DNA of 55,434 nucleotides from a virus (IMGVR_UViG_3300033153_009453:1-55434), one strand, 5' to 3'. Counted from the first letter of the stretch, positions 1-11,912 are shown. The notes: generated by a model from the sequence alone, not told the origin. Numbers and translations are program-made.

Positions 1-114
1 ATAATTGCCTCTATTTCTCAAGCTGTCTGGTCAGCTGTAGCCCCTGCCTCTATTCAGGTTAACTTAGTTTTCTCTGTGTCTGTATATAACCTATTTGTAC
101 TTCAATCTGTATGA
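1..114. repeat. Terminal direct repeat, copy 1 (circular assembly overlap)
   Basis: Bases 1-114 are identical to 55321-55434, and a minus-strand CDS reads in frame across the junction. Confidence 0.97.
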
Positions 115-902
115 TTGTCAACATCTAAAATTTCAGCTATTGTATTTCATCAATCTTGTATTAGTTTACCTGTAGTTAAGTTAAATGTAGCAATATTATC
201 GTCCGTAGCACTTCATGGTCAAACAACATCTCAAGCTCAAGCTCAATCATTTCATTTTACCGCTAAAATTCCCCAATATGTTACATTAGTTGGTACATTT
301 CAAGTACTTTCTAATATACAAATATATGAGCTACCATTATAACTAACTCAATCATTAACTGCGTACGTTGTACCTCCATTATAAGCTTGCTCCCATATTA
401 ATCCAATAGGTCATGGGTCTCAGTCATCTCATTTAGTTCATTCTATCACTCATTCTAAATTCCAAATACTTTCCTTGCTATAAACTTTCCAATTAGTTGT
501 ATTTATATATACGTCTCAATCTTGTCATTCTGTAGTTGGTGTAACTGTTCAGAATAATATATTAGCTCAAAGAGCTATATTGTCGTCTATAAAATCAGCT
601 AACACTTGTATATTAGTTACACTATTATCCAATACACCTCAGAAGTTTGTTGTATCAATAGGTATTATTGCCGCACTATGTGTATGGGAATTACTCGCAT
701 AATCTCAAGGTTTCGCTCAGCTATCAGTTAAATTTCAACTACCATCAAGTCAGGCGAAATTACCTGTAGTAGGTGATGAAACTTTATCAGCTTTATCATC
801 TAACAGGTTTTCTGTTTTTGTGCTACTGTAAACTGTAGTAGTAGAAGGTGAAGCATCATTAATGCTAGCACTACCATACGGTTTTGTATATATTCAGCTC
901 AT
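1..902 (-). CDS. Tail fibre protein, 5' part (continues across the circular junction to 53637; 862 codons in total)
   Basis: ATG at 902. With TGA=Gly it reads KADKVSSPTTGNFAGLDGSGNLTDSG, collagen-like KGDDGDPGPIG, carbohydrate-binding-like YAVNDGVSYNGSSYIC and GDVVGPGSATDDNIATF, all typical fibre motifs. Confidence 0.8.
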
Positions 903-903
903 A

Positions 904-1185
904 TTATTTATTGTTATTTCTTAAATATTCCTCTATTACTCTTTTAGAGAGAGGGTTAATATCAAGTTTTTTAAATTGCATAAGTCAAAATGATTTAAGT
1001 TCCTCTAAAGTTCAAATTCAATTCTCTAATAATACCTTAACTGTAAACTCTCAAACTCATTTTAATTTCAATAAATCAGTTTTAGTAAAACTACTAATCT
1101 TAGATTTAATTTTCTTCTTATTCTTAAAAGCCTCAGCTTCTATAAGCTTAGCTCTGTTTCCTGCAAAAACTTTAGCGTAATTCAT
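904..1185 (-). CDS. Small helix-hairpin-helix domain protein (93 aa)
   Basis: TDLLKLKGVGEFTVKVLLENGIGTLEEL matches the HhH signature when TGA=Gly. Confidence 0.7.
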
Positions 1186-1208
1186 TTAATTTTCTTATCC
1201 AAATAAAG

Positions 1209-1243
1209 AAAAAAGGTAGAACTGTGAGAAGCTCTACCTTTTT
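1209..1243. terminator. Intrinsic terminator downstream of the major capsid gene
   Basis: Hairpin AAAAAAGGTAGA...TCTACCTTTTT with A/T tracts on both sides. Confidence 0.8.
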
Positions 1244-1256
1244 ATTAATAGGGCAA

Positions 1257-2369
1257 TTAAATCGCACTACCTGTTCATGTAGACCCAACTACCATTTCTG
1301 GAAATAGTACTTGTGCTCCAAAGAACTTTTCTACTGTTACGAAAGCAGCTCTTGTTTGATTGTCTTCAAAGAAGCTAATTGCACTTTCACCAAACTTTAA
1401 TCTTCTTAAAGCTTTTCTTGCCTTAGCATGCTCTTTGTTCATTAAGAACCACATTGTAGCAGAACCAACATCTACTGTACTATCATTAATACTTGGTTGG
1501 TTCATAGTTTCTAATACAACTAGTCTAACCTTGAAACCTGCTCTCATGAACACGTTACCATAGTTATCATTAGTTGCAGCTCAACCTGTAAAGGTGTAAG
1601 GGGCAAACCCATTACCATCTGATAATATATCTAATGCTGTTTTCTCCAATTCAGGAGAAATTATTAAATCATATACTCAGTTGGAAGGTCTACTAATTCT
1701 TGTACCTAAACCATCTTTCATTCAAACTCTCAATCTATCAAGTGCCTCTAATAGAGAAGTAAATGATAATGCTGCGTAATTACCGCTTCAATCATCTACT
1801 ATATTAGAATATGCTTCACCTGTGTCTTGAACTATATGATTAGTTGAAAACAATGCTTTAGCATCATATACAGCACTTCATGGTCATTTAGCAGCCGATA
1901 TGTCAAACCCTAGCGTCAAACATTGAGTGTAATACTCATTCTCTTTCATTCTCATTGCGAAGGCTTGGTCTTCAACTCTATTTAAACTCTGTTGTAAATC
2001 TTTTAATAGGTCATCAGGAATAGCTTGTGCCATTGCTGCTCTTTCAATTCTCTTTCTGGTAAGAGAAGAAGCACCTGTACCTGTATATAGTCTTTCAACT
2101 TCATAAGAAATTTCTTGACCATACTTTTGCCCGATAACTTGGAATGTATCCCATTCACCAACTATCCTAGCTCATTCTTGTCCTAATTTTGTTTTAATTA
2201 TTCAATCTTTATCGTAAACTTCAAATTCTGTAAATCAAAGTTTCCCTGCAACATCTTCTTTAACTCTAGGGTCTAAAACCTTTTCGTCAAACATTTCAAT
2301 AACCACAGGTGATATTAATTTATAACTTTCATCATCTGAAAGTATACCAGCTTTTTGTACTACTGTCAT
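1257..2369 (-). CDS. Major capsid protein (Mu gpT-like family, 370 aa)
   Basis: Open only with TGA=Gly. Contains DAKALFSTNH and C-terminal VVGSTGTGSA, typical of gpT-like capsid proteins. Lies after scaffold and decoration genes and before a terminator. Confidence 0.75.
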
Positions 2370-2396
2370 CTTTTATTTTTTTTATTATAAATTAAA

Positions 2397-3722
2397 TTAT
2401 TTAGCTACCGTAAAGTCTCCAAGTGTTGAAGTTTTTACTTTGCGTAGATAAAGTTGGTCTGGGCTATCTGCTGAAACATTTACAGTACCTGTTGCTGCTG
2501 ATAATGTTTGAGTGTCTGCTCCTGAACCTGCTGTAGCTGCACATGTTATTGTGAACGATGTACCTGCTGCATCTGATGTAATTGTAACTGTTGTTGTACT
2601 ATCTACTGCTGTAACATTTCAATTTTGTGCTGAAATATTAATTGCTGCTGTAAGTCAAGCTGTTACATTCGCTACTGTTGCTGCTGTAGCTACGAAAGCT
2701 ACATCAGTTGCATTAATTGTAGCTGTAAATGTATCACCTACTTCTACGTTAGCTGGAGTTGCTGTTGATATTTGAGCTACCGCCACTACATTTGCTGTAG
2801 TATTAACTGTAGTTCAAGCTATATCGTCTGATGCGTTATCTACAACTGGACTTGAGAAGGCTGTACCTGCTACTGCTGCTGTAAATATTAAATCAGCTCC
2901 TGAGCTTGTCAATGTTACTCATACTGTTGCATAATCTGCTGCCGAGTTGGTAACAAAATCTGTTGCTGTTTGAGTAAGTGAAGTATTCCAAGTAAGTAAT
3001 TCTACTATACCTGCTGCCGTACAGTCTGCCGTACCTGTTGTACCAGCTGAAAGTGTACAAGTATCAACTTGTGCTACCGCCACTACATTTGCTGTACCTG
3101 TTGCTGCTGTAAGTGTTTGAGTATCATTACCTCATCCATTAACAGCTGTTCCTGATATTGTAAATGCTGTACCTGCTGTATCAGATGTAATTGTAACTTC
3201 TGTAGTATCATCTACTGCTGTTACATTACCACTCTCACCACTTAAATTAATTGCTGATGTTAAACCTGTAACTACATTTGCAACTGTTATTGCTGTAGCA
3301 GTAAAAGGAATATTAACACCATTAATTACAGCTGTAAACACATCTCCTATTTCTACATTAGCTGGAGTAAGTGTTGATATTTGAGCTACTGCCGATGTAG
3401 AACTTGCATTAACATTACCGTCTGAACCTAGGTTGAATTTACTACCTACATCAGATTGTGTTATTGTACCTGATGTAACTTCTATTTCAACTCTAGTTTC
3501 TGGCGTAAATCCTATATAATCTACTTTATCTTTCTTTACTGTTATATTGTCGCTGTCATAGGTTTCTATTTTAGCTGATAGTCAATATATTTTATCTCAA
3601 CTAACTGCTTTATTACCATATCAAGCTTTTATAGCAACTAAATCCTGTGTGTCTATATCTAAGGAATTAGCAGCTATTGGGCTATCCCCAATCCCTCTTT
3701 CTGGGCTTATTATTCTACTCAT
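2397..3722 (-). CDS. Capsid decoration/cement protein with three inserted T/A/V-rich repeat domains (441 aa)
   Basis: Immediately upstream of the capsid gene. Repeats begin AVAQISTLTPANVEIGDVFTA, AVAQVDTCTLSAG and AVAQISTATPANVEVGDTFTA. Confidence 0.6.
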
Positions 3723-3746
3723 TTATTCTTGTATTAAATAATAATA

Positions 3747-4421
3747 TTACTTTTTCTCTTTCAATCAAAGACTTTTCCTTAATTGATTTTGAGCTGTTAC
3801 CATGTCTTTCTTGTCAAGCTTTTGTTCACTTGGTTTCACCATAGTCTTTCATTGTAATTGTAAATAAGTTTCAACATCAATATCTAAGCTATTTGATATT
3901 AATTTTGTAGCCTTATTTACTCTTTCTTTAGATGGTAAGCTAGAACTTATACTTTTAAGTTCTTCCTTAATCTTTTCTGTAAAGTTAGGAATACTGGAAA
4001 CTATTTTTGAATTAACTGAAATATACTTATCTATTTCATCATCAATGTCTTTCTTTTCTAGTTTCATTTTTAATAACCTGTATTCTCTTTCCATCTTGTC
4101 AACTCAGTTGTTTTCATCAAACTTCTCAGTTGACTTTCCTTCTAGAACATCAGGTAACATTATCCTAAGTTCGTCAAGGTTATCATATCCCCAAACTTCT
4201 TTAATTATCTTATTTTGGATTTTACTTTCCATATTAAGTAATTCCTTTGGGTCATTTTCAGCAAGTTTCTTACTTATATCGATTAAAGCTTGGTTAGCCT
4301 TTGTTCAGAAAGCTTGTAGATTTACGTACTCTTCCTCAGAGTAAGTCTTTTTATCAGCCTGCTCTTTTGAGTTCTGATTATTCTCTTGAAATTCTGAATT
4401 GTTTTTTTCAGTCTGTTTCAT
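3747..4421 (-). CDS. Putative capsid scaffolding protein (224 aa)
   Basis: Charged and helical with a low-complexity N-terminus (KKTYSEEEY). Lies between portal and capsid genes and has its own promoter. Confidence 0.55.
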
Positions 4422-4439
4422 TATGTTATTGTTATTAAT

Positions 4440-4474
4440 ATAATATTCCTATTTAACTGTTTGTCAACTGTCTG
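4440..4474 (-). promoter_or_regulatory. Late promoter for scaffold/capsid genes
   Basis: TTGACA-16 bp-TATTAT on the minus strand. Shares the 19-bp ACTGTTTGTCAACTGTCTG with the terL promoter. Confidence 0.7.
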
Positions 4475-4483
4475 TATTTAGAG

Positions 4484-4717
4484 CTATTTCATCATTCATT
4501 TTAAATATCAAATCATGTATATAGCTCATTTAACAAATTCAGTTGAAAGATTTTCCGTCAGCATCTTATTTGTTACTTTGTTTTTTATTTTAGTAAGGGC
4601 TTTATTTATTACTTCTCATTCCCTTCCTAAAGATTTTAACTTCTCTTTTTCTTGGGGGTTAAGTTCCGCCTCATCCATAATATTCAAGAACTTTCTAAAC
4701 TCTAAATATTTAATCAT
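4484..4717 (-). CDS. Hypothetical protein (77 aa)
   Basis: ATG to TAG open with TGA=Gly and tightly packed in the operon. Confidence 0.7.
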
Positions 4718-4726
4718 TGCATTCTA

Positions 4727-5338
4727 TTATCAAAGTAAATCTTTCAAGTCATCCATTATATCTTCCGCTGTTCTCTCAGCGTTAACCTCTTCAATCTTTT
4801 GTTCAACCTTTTGAGTTGGATTAAAGTCTTTATGGGTTTTCTCTAAAAGTCTAAAAGAGTAGTCAACTTTCTCTTTATTCTTTATTCATTTCATTTCTCA
4901 TTTAATAGCCTTTCATATATTGTCAACACTTACATCCTGTAAGTATTCCATCTTCTGTTTCTTAAGTCTTTCAAATTCTTTTTTAAGTTCAGGATACCTT
5001 GCGAGTAACTGATATAGTGATTGTGGATTTGTCCATCAAGCTTCTCTACAAGCCTCTAATGTATTCATTTTTTGAAATGGTTGTATTCAATCATCTATAT
5101 TCTTTTGAGAGGTAATCTCAGAAGCTCAAAAGGTTGTAAGATTTACAACCTTTGCAATCCTTTTAGCCTGTTCAGTAAGGGGGATTTGAGGTCAGTGTTT
5201 TCTTCAATTCTTTCTTAAAGGAGTTCAATCATCCTTAATCTTTCAAGGTTTATATTGTCAGTATTTATATCAAGGATTTTCAGGGTTGTCCTTTGGTACA
5301 TAATTGTTTCCTTTATCTGGATATTTACATCAAGTCAT
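4727..5338 (-). CDS. Putative terminase small subunit (203 aa)
   Basis: HTH-like EACREAGWTNPQSLYQLLARYPELKKEF followed by FRLLEKTHKDFNPTQKVEQ, resembling TerS proteins. Confidence 0.5.
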
Positions 5339-5345
5339 ATTTATT

Positions 5346-7115
5346 TTATTCTAAAGGGATAGTATTCTTTTGTGCTCAACTAATAGTTGAAACATTTTGA
5401 GATTGATTTCTTTGTGCTGGTGGAACAAAGCTAGGGTCAGCCTCAGTTCATTGAGTTCAAGCGTTCTGTTGTTTATGGTCTTGTAATATTGATTTAGCTG
5501 TCTTTCAACTATCAGATTGTTCTGAAAGCTTTTCATAGTCAAAGCCAAACTTATCAGTAACTAATTTAGCTAACTGGGTTGCTGGTACTGGTCTACTTCA
5601 ATCAGAATTTTGCATACTTCAAACTACTTGAGCGTATTCTAATGCTTCTTGTAATTCTCTTTCTTTACTGTTTCAAAGCATTGTTTCTACGATTGGCAAC
5701 ACGTGTATTTGTCATCCTAGTAGATGCTTAGTTATCTTAGCACTTCCATATCATCAACTGTCAGAAGTAAATACTCATTCAGCGTCAATACTTCAACCTT
5801 CTATAGGTATTTCTTGACTTCAAATAGAATGGAGGAACTGTATATTTGACATTCTAATTTCTGCAAGTCTTCTATAGAAACCCCAAGCATTGTCTTTAAT
5901 GTTTTTATTAATTCTTTTCTTTGCTGATTTATTTTTACCTGCTGTCTTTGTTGCAGTCTCTCAAGATGATAATATTTGAGACCTATAGTCTACTCATGTT
6001 TGAGCAATTAAGTCTTCATCTACTTTATTTTCAGCTGAAAGTAATTCATTAACCGGAACATTAGGAGAGAATTGTTTAATTCAGTTTATATCATCTGTTT
6101 CATATACTTCTCAAATTCAGAATTGCATTTCATCTTCTTCAAGTTCTGCTGTTCTATCTTTAAGTATAATTCATATAGATGATTTTATTCATCTTATAAG
6201 AAGCGTTCTTAACTCATTCTTATACCTCTCATTCTGCTCTGTGAGTTCAAATTCACCTATTCACCAAATCCTCTCCTGTGCCTTGTTGTCCAAGTAAAGA
6301 GAAAAAGGTAACATCTTATGAGGATAAGGAATTGGTATATTTTTAATTTCAACTCAGTTGGCTTCGATTATATACTCATCTTTCGCCGAGTTCCAATACT
6401 CTATTTCCATTACAGTATTATCAGATTGCATCTCTTCAAATTCATTCCCAGTAGTTCAAGCTATTGGTGCGAAATCTCAGGTCATCTTTTTTACTTTATC
6501 TAGATTTTTTACAAAGTTATCTCATTCTTTTTCTTTGATATAATCTGTTTTATCAAAGTATCTTATAACTGCAACTTCTGTTGAGTTTCTTATATTTGTT
6601 CAGTTTATAAAGAAGTTCTGAAATGGAATACATTCTGAATATATTCAAGAATATATTAGCTTCTCTTCTTCTTTAAAATCTATTCATGTTGGGTTTCAAT
6701 CTTCATCTTCTGTATAAAAAGGAGTTTTTACTGTTTGCCGAATATGCTTAATTCAGTCAAAGAATACTCCTGTTCAGTTAGTAGTAGAGGATTGAATTGT
6801 TTCTGAGATAGCTTCATCAGTATTTGAAAGTAACCGATGGTAATCCCAAACATGCTTGGCAACCTTCCTATTAGCTCTTCATTTATCATCCATTCAAACA
6901 AACAACCATTCAGGTTGAGCTGATAACAAGTCGGCGTCCTTCTGGTACTTGATAGTAGCTCATATCTGAGTTCTAAAATCATTCTTATCAGGGGGAGTAG
7001 CCTCCTTTGCATTAGCCTTATTTCTCCGATTAGTAGCTTGTACCTGAGTTATGTGGTTCTCTTTAAGAGCCATTAGATTAGTTAATCTCTCTGTAACATA
7101 CGAGTATTTTATCAT
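5346..7115 (-). CDS. Portal protein (589 aa)
   Basis: Long ORF with TGA=Gly downstream of TerL. Size, position and Q/P/T-rich C-terminal tail fit a P22-like portal. Confidence 0.75.
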
Positions 7116-7120
7116 TCTTT

Positions 7121-7816
7121 TTAATTATTTTCTATTCTATTTTTAGCTATATTGAAATATTTATTATTAAGTTCAATTCAAATAAATTCTCTATTTAAAT
7201 TTTTACATGCTACTCAAGTTGTACCGCTTCCCATAAATGGGTCTAGTACTATTCATCATTCTGGGCAACTATTTCTTATTATCTTCTCAGTAAAATCCAA
7301 TGGTTTAATTGTTGGGTGTCCCCATAATTTTTTATCTTTATGATTTATTAATCATAAGTAAACAGTTTTAGCATCCTCATAACTTTGAGGCTTATTGTAA
7401 GCTCATGGTTTTTTGAAATATAAACAGTATTCATTGTCTGTGAGATACTTATTACAATAACTTGGTATTGCATTTCTCTTATTCCATATCAGTATATCAA
7501 ATAGACATTTTTTTTGTAATACGAAATATTCAAAATACATTGGAATTTGTTTTTTATTACACCAGATATATATATTAATCTTGTCTTGTAGTTGTTCTGC
7601 TTTTCTTATGAACTCTTTAAAATTATATCAATTATCAATTCAAGCCTCATTCACTTGCTTTATTGAATTTTTAAACTTCTTAATTGTGTTTATACTTCCT
7701 CATCCCGAGGTAACGCTCACCTCATAAGGTGGGTCTGTTATAATAGTATCAACCTTTACTCATTGTTCTATTAATTTATCCATTTCCTCAAGACAATCTC
7801 AATTTATTAGTTCCAT
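7121..7816 (-). CDS. DNA methyltransferase, N6-adenine/N4-cytosine, beta class (231 aa)
   Basis: NGDCLEEM, catalytic IITDPPY, HPTIKP, SAM-binding VLDPFMGSGTTGVA and FIGIEL. Confidence 0.93.
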
Positions 7817-7828
7817 ATATATATTGTA

Positions 7829-9304
7829 TTAATATCTAATTGTTTTCTTAACTCTATTCATTCTTTTATATTTTTTCTTTAATTCTTTAGTTTCACTATG
7901 GGGTTTATATCAGAAGATAAAATAACGCAAAGCGTCTAACGCATCATCATTTAATTTTATTACATCCTCACTTCAATTTCATTTATAGGCATGGACTGAA
8001 AGCTCCTTAACTAAGCTCATACATTTCTCAGAGATGTACAGCATCCCATTTTTAAAGAGCTCATTAACTTTAAATATACCTGCTCTTCTATTTGATAGAT
8101 TATTTTCTCATTTGGAAAACTTATCAGCTGGAATAGTATTAAGTCAATAAACTTCTTTCAATTCCATTCTTGCCCTCTTGTCAGCCGTATCAGCAACTAT
8201 ATATTCTAGGTTGATATGGTACTCTATCTCCTTCCCTCTAACCTCATCCCTAAGTTCGCCCAATCCCATATTCTTTTGATAAATCATATCAAAAACATAT
8301 ATATGTCAATCCATATCAACTGCTATAAATAACATCGCCATTGGATGGGAAACTCAAAAGTCTAAGGCTCAGTAGAACTTAGTTCAGTTTCATAACTTTC
8401 TAGGATGGAAGTATTCAATTAAGTTTTTATTTCTTCTAAATTCATTATAAACAAGTCAACTTGGCGGAATAAACATTCAGAACCTTCTTATTTTCTGCTC
8501 TTCTTCACTCAATCATTCTAACCAAGTATGGTCTGCATACTTATTCTCTAAGCTGTCTACTTCTTTGATATATGTTTTAGACTTTACATTCTCGCTTCAT
8601 TGTCAGTAGAAGTAATCATGGACAGCTGGATTAAACTTTGTTGGTGTAAATGAAAGCAACATCTGGGTACGTCTTCATCTTGTTCATCTAAGAAGTTCTA
8701 TAAAAATATCCTCTCTTTCAGGTAACTCATCTAGATGTATAAAATCAGGATTACTTCACTCAAGTCTAGCTTGTCAGGCATCATATGTTCTGAACATTAT
8801 CTTGTTTCAATTCTTTAATGTGATTTCCTTTAATGTTTGTGTACTTCAATCTCTTTTAACTTTAGCTAGTTCATTTTTAGGGAGCTTAATTATATCTCAT
8901 ATTGTGTTGGTTCAAAGAAAATAAGGTTCTAAGTTTGTCTTAATACTATCAGAAGTTTTAGTTACAACTAAGGTTTGTTTACTTTCTCAAATGTAAGGTA
9001 GATTATACTTTTTACATCACTCTTTTCATAGGGCTAGAAGTATATCAATATCACAACTTACAATTGTTTTACCTGAACCATTCCCTCAAATAAACATTAT
9101 ATATTTATATTTAGGTACGGGTCAATTTCTTGCTCCAACAGCATCTATTACTTTCTGTTGATGTTCCTGCGGAATAAAATCAAGAATAGGGTAATGGAGC
9201 TTTCTTTTTTTAAGCTCTTCAATCAATGCTTGTATTCCAAGTCGTTTTTTAATACTTAAAGTATCTAAGTTAACTTTCTCTAAATCTTTTAAACTAAGTT
9301 TCAT
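7829..9304 (-). CDS. terL: Terminase large subunit (491 aa)
   Basis: Walker A IGGNGSGKT, Walker B IHLDE, nuclease ALDFGVSHP and C-terminal NDDALDALRY. Confidence 0.92.
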
Positions 9305-9343
9305 AAAGGGGAGGTGGTGTGGAGGGTTACTATTATACAGGTA

Positions 9344-9378
9344 AGTATAGTTCTAAGTTACTGTTTGTCAACTGTCTG
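9344..9378 (-). promoter_or_regulatory. Late promoter upstream of terL
   Basis: TTGACA-16 bp-TATACT on the minus strand. Confidence 0.75.
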
Positions 9379-9408
9379 ATAAAATAGCCAAAGTTATAAC
9401 TAACATAC

Positions 9409-9506
9409 TTTAAATCGTTTCTAAGGCACTCTAAACCTCAAGGGTTATAAGTATACCTAAATAGTACTAGAAGTTGTCTAAGGGGTATTAGAATGAGTTC
9501 TAGAGG
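9409..9506 (+). repeat. Dispersed ~85-95 bp imperfect palindromic element, copy 1
   Basis: AAATCGTTTCTAAGGCA is shared with 37756, and TATACCTAA lies 40 bp after AAATC as in the other two copies. Confidence 0.6.
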
Positions 9507-9544
9507 TATATCTACAGTAGACACCACACCACAGTAAATTAACA

Positions 9545-9820
9545 GCGAAACGAAGTGAAGCCGCAGCAACACTAACTATAGGCGAATAAACTAATTTCCA
9601 AATAAAGAGAAAGAGTAATACCTTTTTCTTCTTTCTTTGGACGATAGGGATAACTTAGTTTACTAAGTTATTACTATCGTATTACTTTATTCTTTTTAGT
9701 TAAGTTTAAAGTGAGTTATTATTTATATATATTATATTATATTATATTATATTATATATATTACTATACGGCGAATTTGGATTAACTCTTAAAGTTACGG
9801 CGAAACGAAGTGAAGCCGCA
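9545..9820. repeat. 21-bp direct repeats flanking a hairpin and AT-rich tract (candidate origin or packaging region)
   Basis: GCGAAACGAAGTGAAGCCGCA at 9545-9565 and 9800-9820. Inverted repeat ACGATAG..TAACTTAGT TT ACTAAGTTA..CTATCGT at 9641-9680, and an (ATT/TAT)n tract at ~9717-9762. Confidence 0.7.
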
Positions 9821-10002
9821 AAAGTAATACCTTGTAGATATTTATATATTTAACTTTTTTCTTTTACTTGGAAAATTAACTCTAAAGCCCCTTCCCCAAA
9901 AAAAAAGAAACTATAATAAAGTTAGAACTTGATGGGGGATATAGGGGGATATAGTTATATTTTAAATATAGTTATACCTATAAGTTATATAATATTACTA
10001 TT

Positions 10003-10114
10003 GCCATCCCTTTCGGCGATACCTGGAAGAGAGCCATCCCTTTGGGCGGGGCTTATGAGGTTTATACCTTGCTATAGCCATCGCAATTATTAAGGGGGCT
10101 ATTAAAAGCCATCG
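10003..10114. promoter_or_regulatory. GCCATC-containing iteron-like repeats
   Basis: GCCATC at 10003, 10033, 10077 and 10108. The first two extend as GCCATCCCTTT(C/G)GGCG. Confidence 0.5.
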
Positions 10115-10367
10115 TATATACTTAGTATAATTTCTACCCTAGATGAGCAGCCGAATTTCATTTTTTAAATTTTCCTCTGAAAGTGAAGGAAACTAAGACA
10201 ATACGGTACTTACATTCTATGCCCCCTCGGGGGGGGGTGACCAGCCCCATCATCATACGATGACTTGTCAGGTAGTCAAGGTCGCATGGTACTGCCAACA
10301 CTAGCCTATAAAAGCCCTCCTAGACAACAATCTACTCTTTGTCAAGCGTTTGATGATACTGCCAAGC

Positions 10368-10395
10368 TTGACAATCGTATTTTAGGTGGTATAAT
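10368..10395 (+). promoter_or_regulatory. Consensus sigma70-like early promoter
   Basis: TTGACA-16 bp-TATAAT. Confidence 0.7.
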
Positions 10396-10798
10396 GTATA
10401 GAAGATAGAATGGCTTGACATTTCATGAAGTTATGGCTTAACAAAGCTTTAAATCTTGCTCAATTTTAACCGTAATCAATAGCCTGTAAAACAACTAACA
10501 ATAAAACCACCAACCAGACGCTAGTCTTAATATGGCTATTCAAAGCCTCTCCATACCATAATACTACAACCTCCAACCACCTTGCTTATTGATACCAAGT
10601 CTCATTAGTAGTCTCACTAAGCTTTAGAGAGCCAAAACTGTAAGCGTATTACTGTAGTAATACAGTCCCACATTACCCAAATAAAAGAATAATGGTATAT
10701 GTCAAGGCGAACTTGTACAAATAGTTTGCAATTAAGTCAATAAAGAGTATACTTATATTAGTTAAAGGAAAGGAATAATATTTATTAATAATAACATT

Positions 10799-10888
10799 AT
10801 GGGAACAGTAAAGATAGCAATAAGTCAAGCTCAAACTAGCTTAAAAGTAAAGAAAACATTAAATAAATATTATACTCCTAAATTGTAA
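10799..10888 (+). CDS. Small early protein (29 aa)
   Basis: Follows promoter 10726 and the conserved leader. Shares N-terminal MGTVK with the 12011 ORF. Confidence 0.5.
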   Translation: MGTVKIAISQAQTSLKVKKTLNKYYTPKL

Positions 10889-11027
10889 AACTTTACAATA
10901 TATTCGCCGAACTGGTTTAATTACTAGACATGGTTTAACTCGGTTATAATAAAAGAAATATAAAAAGTTTTGCAATTAAAAGAATAAATGATATAATAGA
11001 GTTACTTTAATATTTAATTATAAGATT

Positions 11028-11192
11028 ATGGAAATAATAATAACATTCTGGTCACTAATATTGGGTAATATATTTATATTCTTTATTACTTTTCTTATTA
11101 CTGAAAATGAGGAGAAAATAGCTATAGTAATATTTCCTACATTCTTTATTTCAGTTTTTATATTAACTCTGGTTTGTTTAATTAATAATTAA
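11028..11192 (+). CDS. Small membrane protein with two hydrophobic segments (54 aa)
   Basis: Leader TAATTATAAGATT-ATG and two hydrophobic stretches. Confidence 0.65.
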   Translation: MEIIITFWSLILGNIFIFFITFLITENEEKIAIVIFPTFFISVFILTLVCLINN

Positions 11193-11196
11193 GATT

Positions 11197-11520
11197 ATGA
11201 GTGAGCAAGATTTAGTTTCTTTGATAGAAAGACAAGACAAGGGATGATTTACTTTATCTATCAAAGGTAATATGGATAGGTATATAGTGTGACTAACTCA
11301 TAATAATAATGTTTCGGCGAAAAGATTAAAAGCCCAAATTAAAGAGTACAATATATTAGATAATGTCAACCTTTGAGGTTGGATTGATAATGAAACTAAT
11401 AAGCAATATATAGACATTTCTACCTCATGTAGAAGCCTTGACTTTGCTAAGAAGTTAGGTAAGCTATATAAGCAAATTGCTATATGGGATATGGAAACAA
11501 TGAGTGAAGTGAGGATTTAA
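11197..11520 (+). CDS. Conserved phage hypothetical protein (107 aa)
   Basis: GGFT...GGWID..T...YIDIS...AKKLG...QIAIWD pattern seen in phage early proteins. Requires TGA=Gly. Confidence 0.7.
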
Positions 11521-11537
11521 TAATTAATTATAAGATT

Positions 11538-11912
11538 ATGGCAACTAGTAACATACAACATACAGGACTAGAAGAAAGTATACATTTTATTGAGGATGAA
11601 GAAAATGTAGAATATATACAAGAATGCGTGGATTTTGATAAATATATTGAGGAGGTGAAAGTATATGATAATAATTCTAAAGAATGGGAGGAATTAGATT
11701 TAGAAATTAAAATGAAAGGTTGTTACTATGAATGAGCTAATTTAATTATAGAAAGTTCAGAAGACATTGAAGAAATGGACTTAAGCTTGACAAGCGAAAG
11801 GAAGATTACAAGAGCAATTAAAAGATTAGAAAAAGTAATGAGTACATATTCAATAAAAATTAAATGTGTAGGTAGTTTTAGCAATTGAGAAACAATTTTT
11901 GAAAGATGTTAA
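11538..11912 (+). CDS. Conserved phage hypothetical protein (124 aa)
   Basis: Extends past TGA to give GCYYEGANL...FSNGETIFE. Confidence 0.75.

Noticed and set aside
1-114. 114-bp end repeat as the biological terminal repeat
   Set aside because: It lies in the middle of the tail fibre CDS, so it is more simply an assembler overlap of a circular or permuted genome.
9545-9820. CRISPR array or mini-array from the 21-bp direct repeats
   Set aside because: Only two copies about 255 bp apart, with no regular repeat-spacer periodicity and no cas operon. The Cas4-like nuclease is a common stand-alone phage exonuclease.
11197-11520. SAM-lyase (anti-restriction) assignment for the early GGFT...QIAIWD protein
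   Set aside because: Only a vague resemblance of the C-terminal A..LG...Q.AI pattern; cannot be supported without a profile or structure search.
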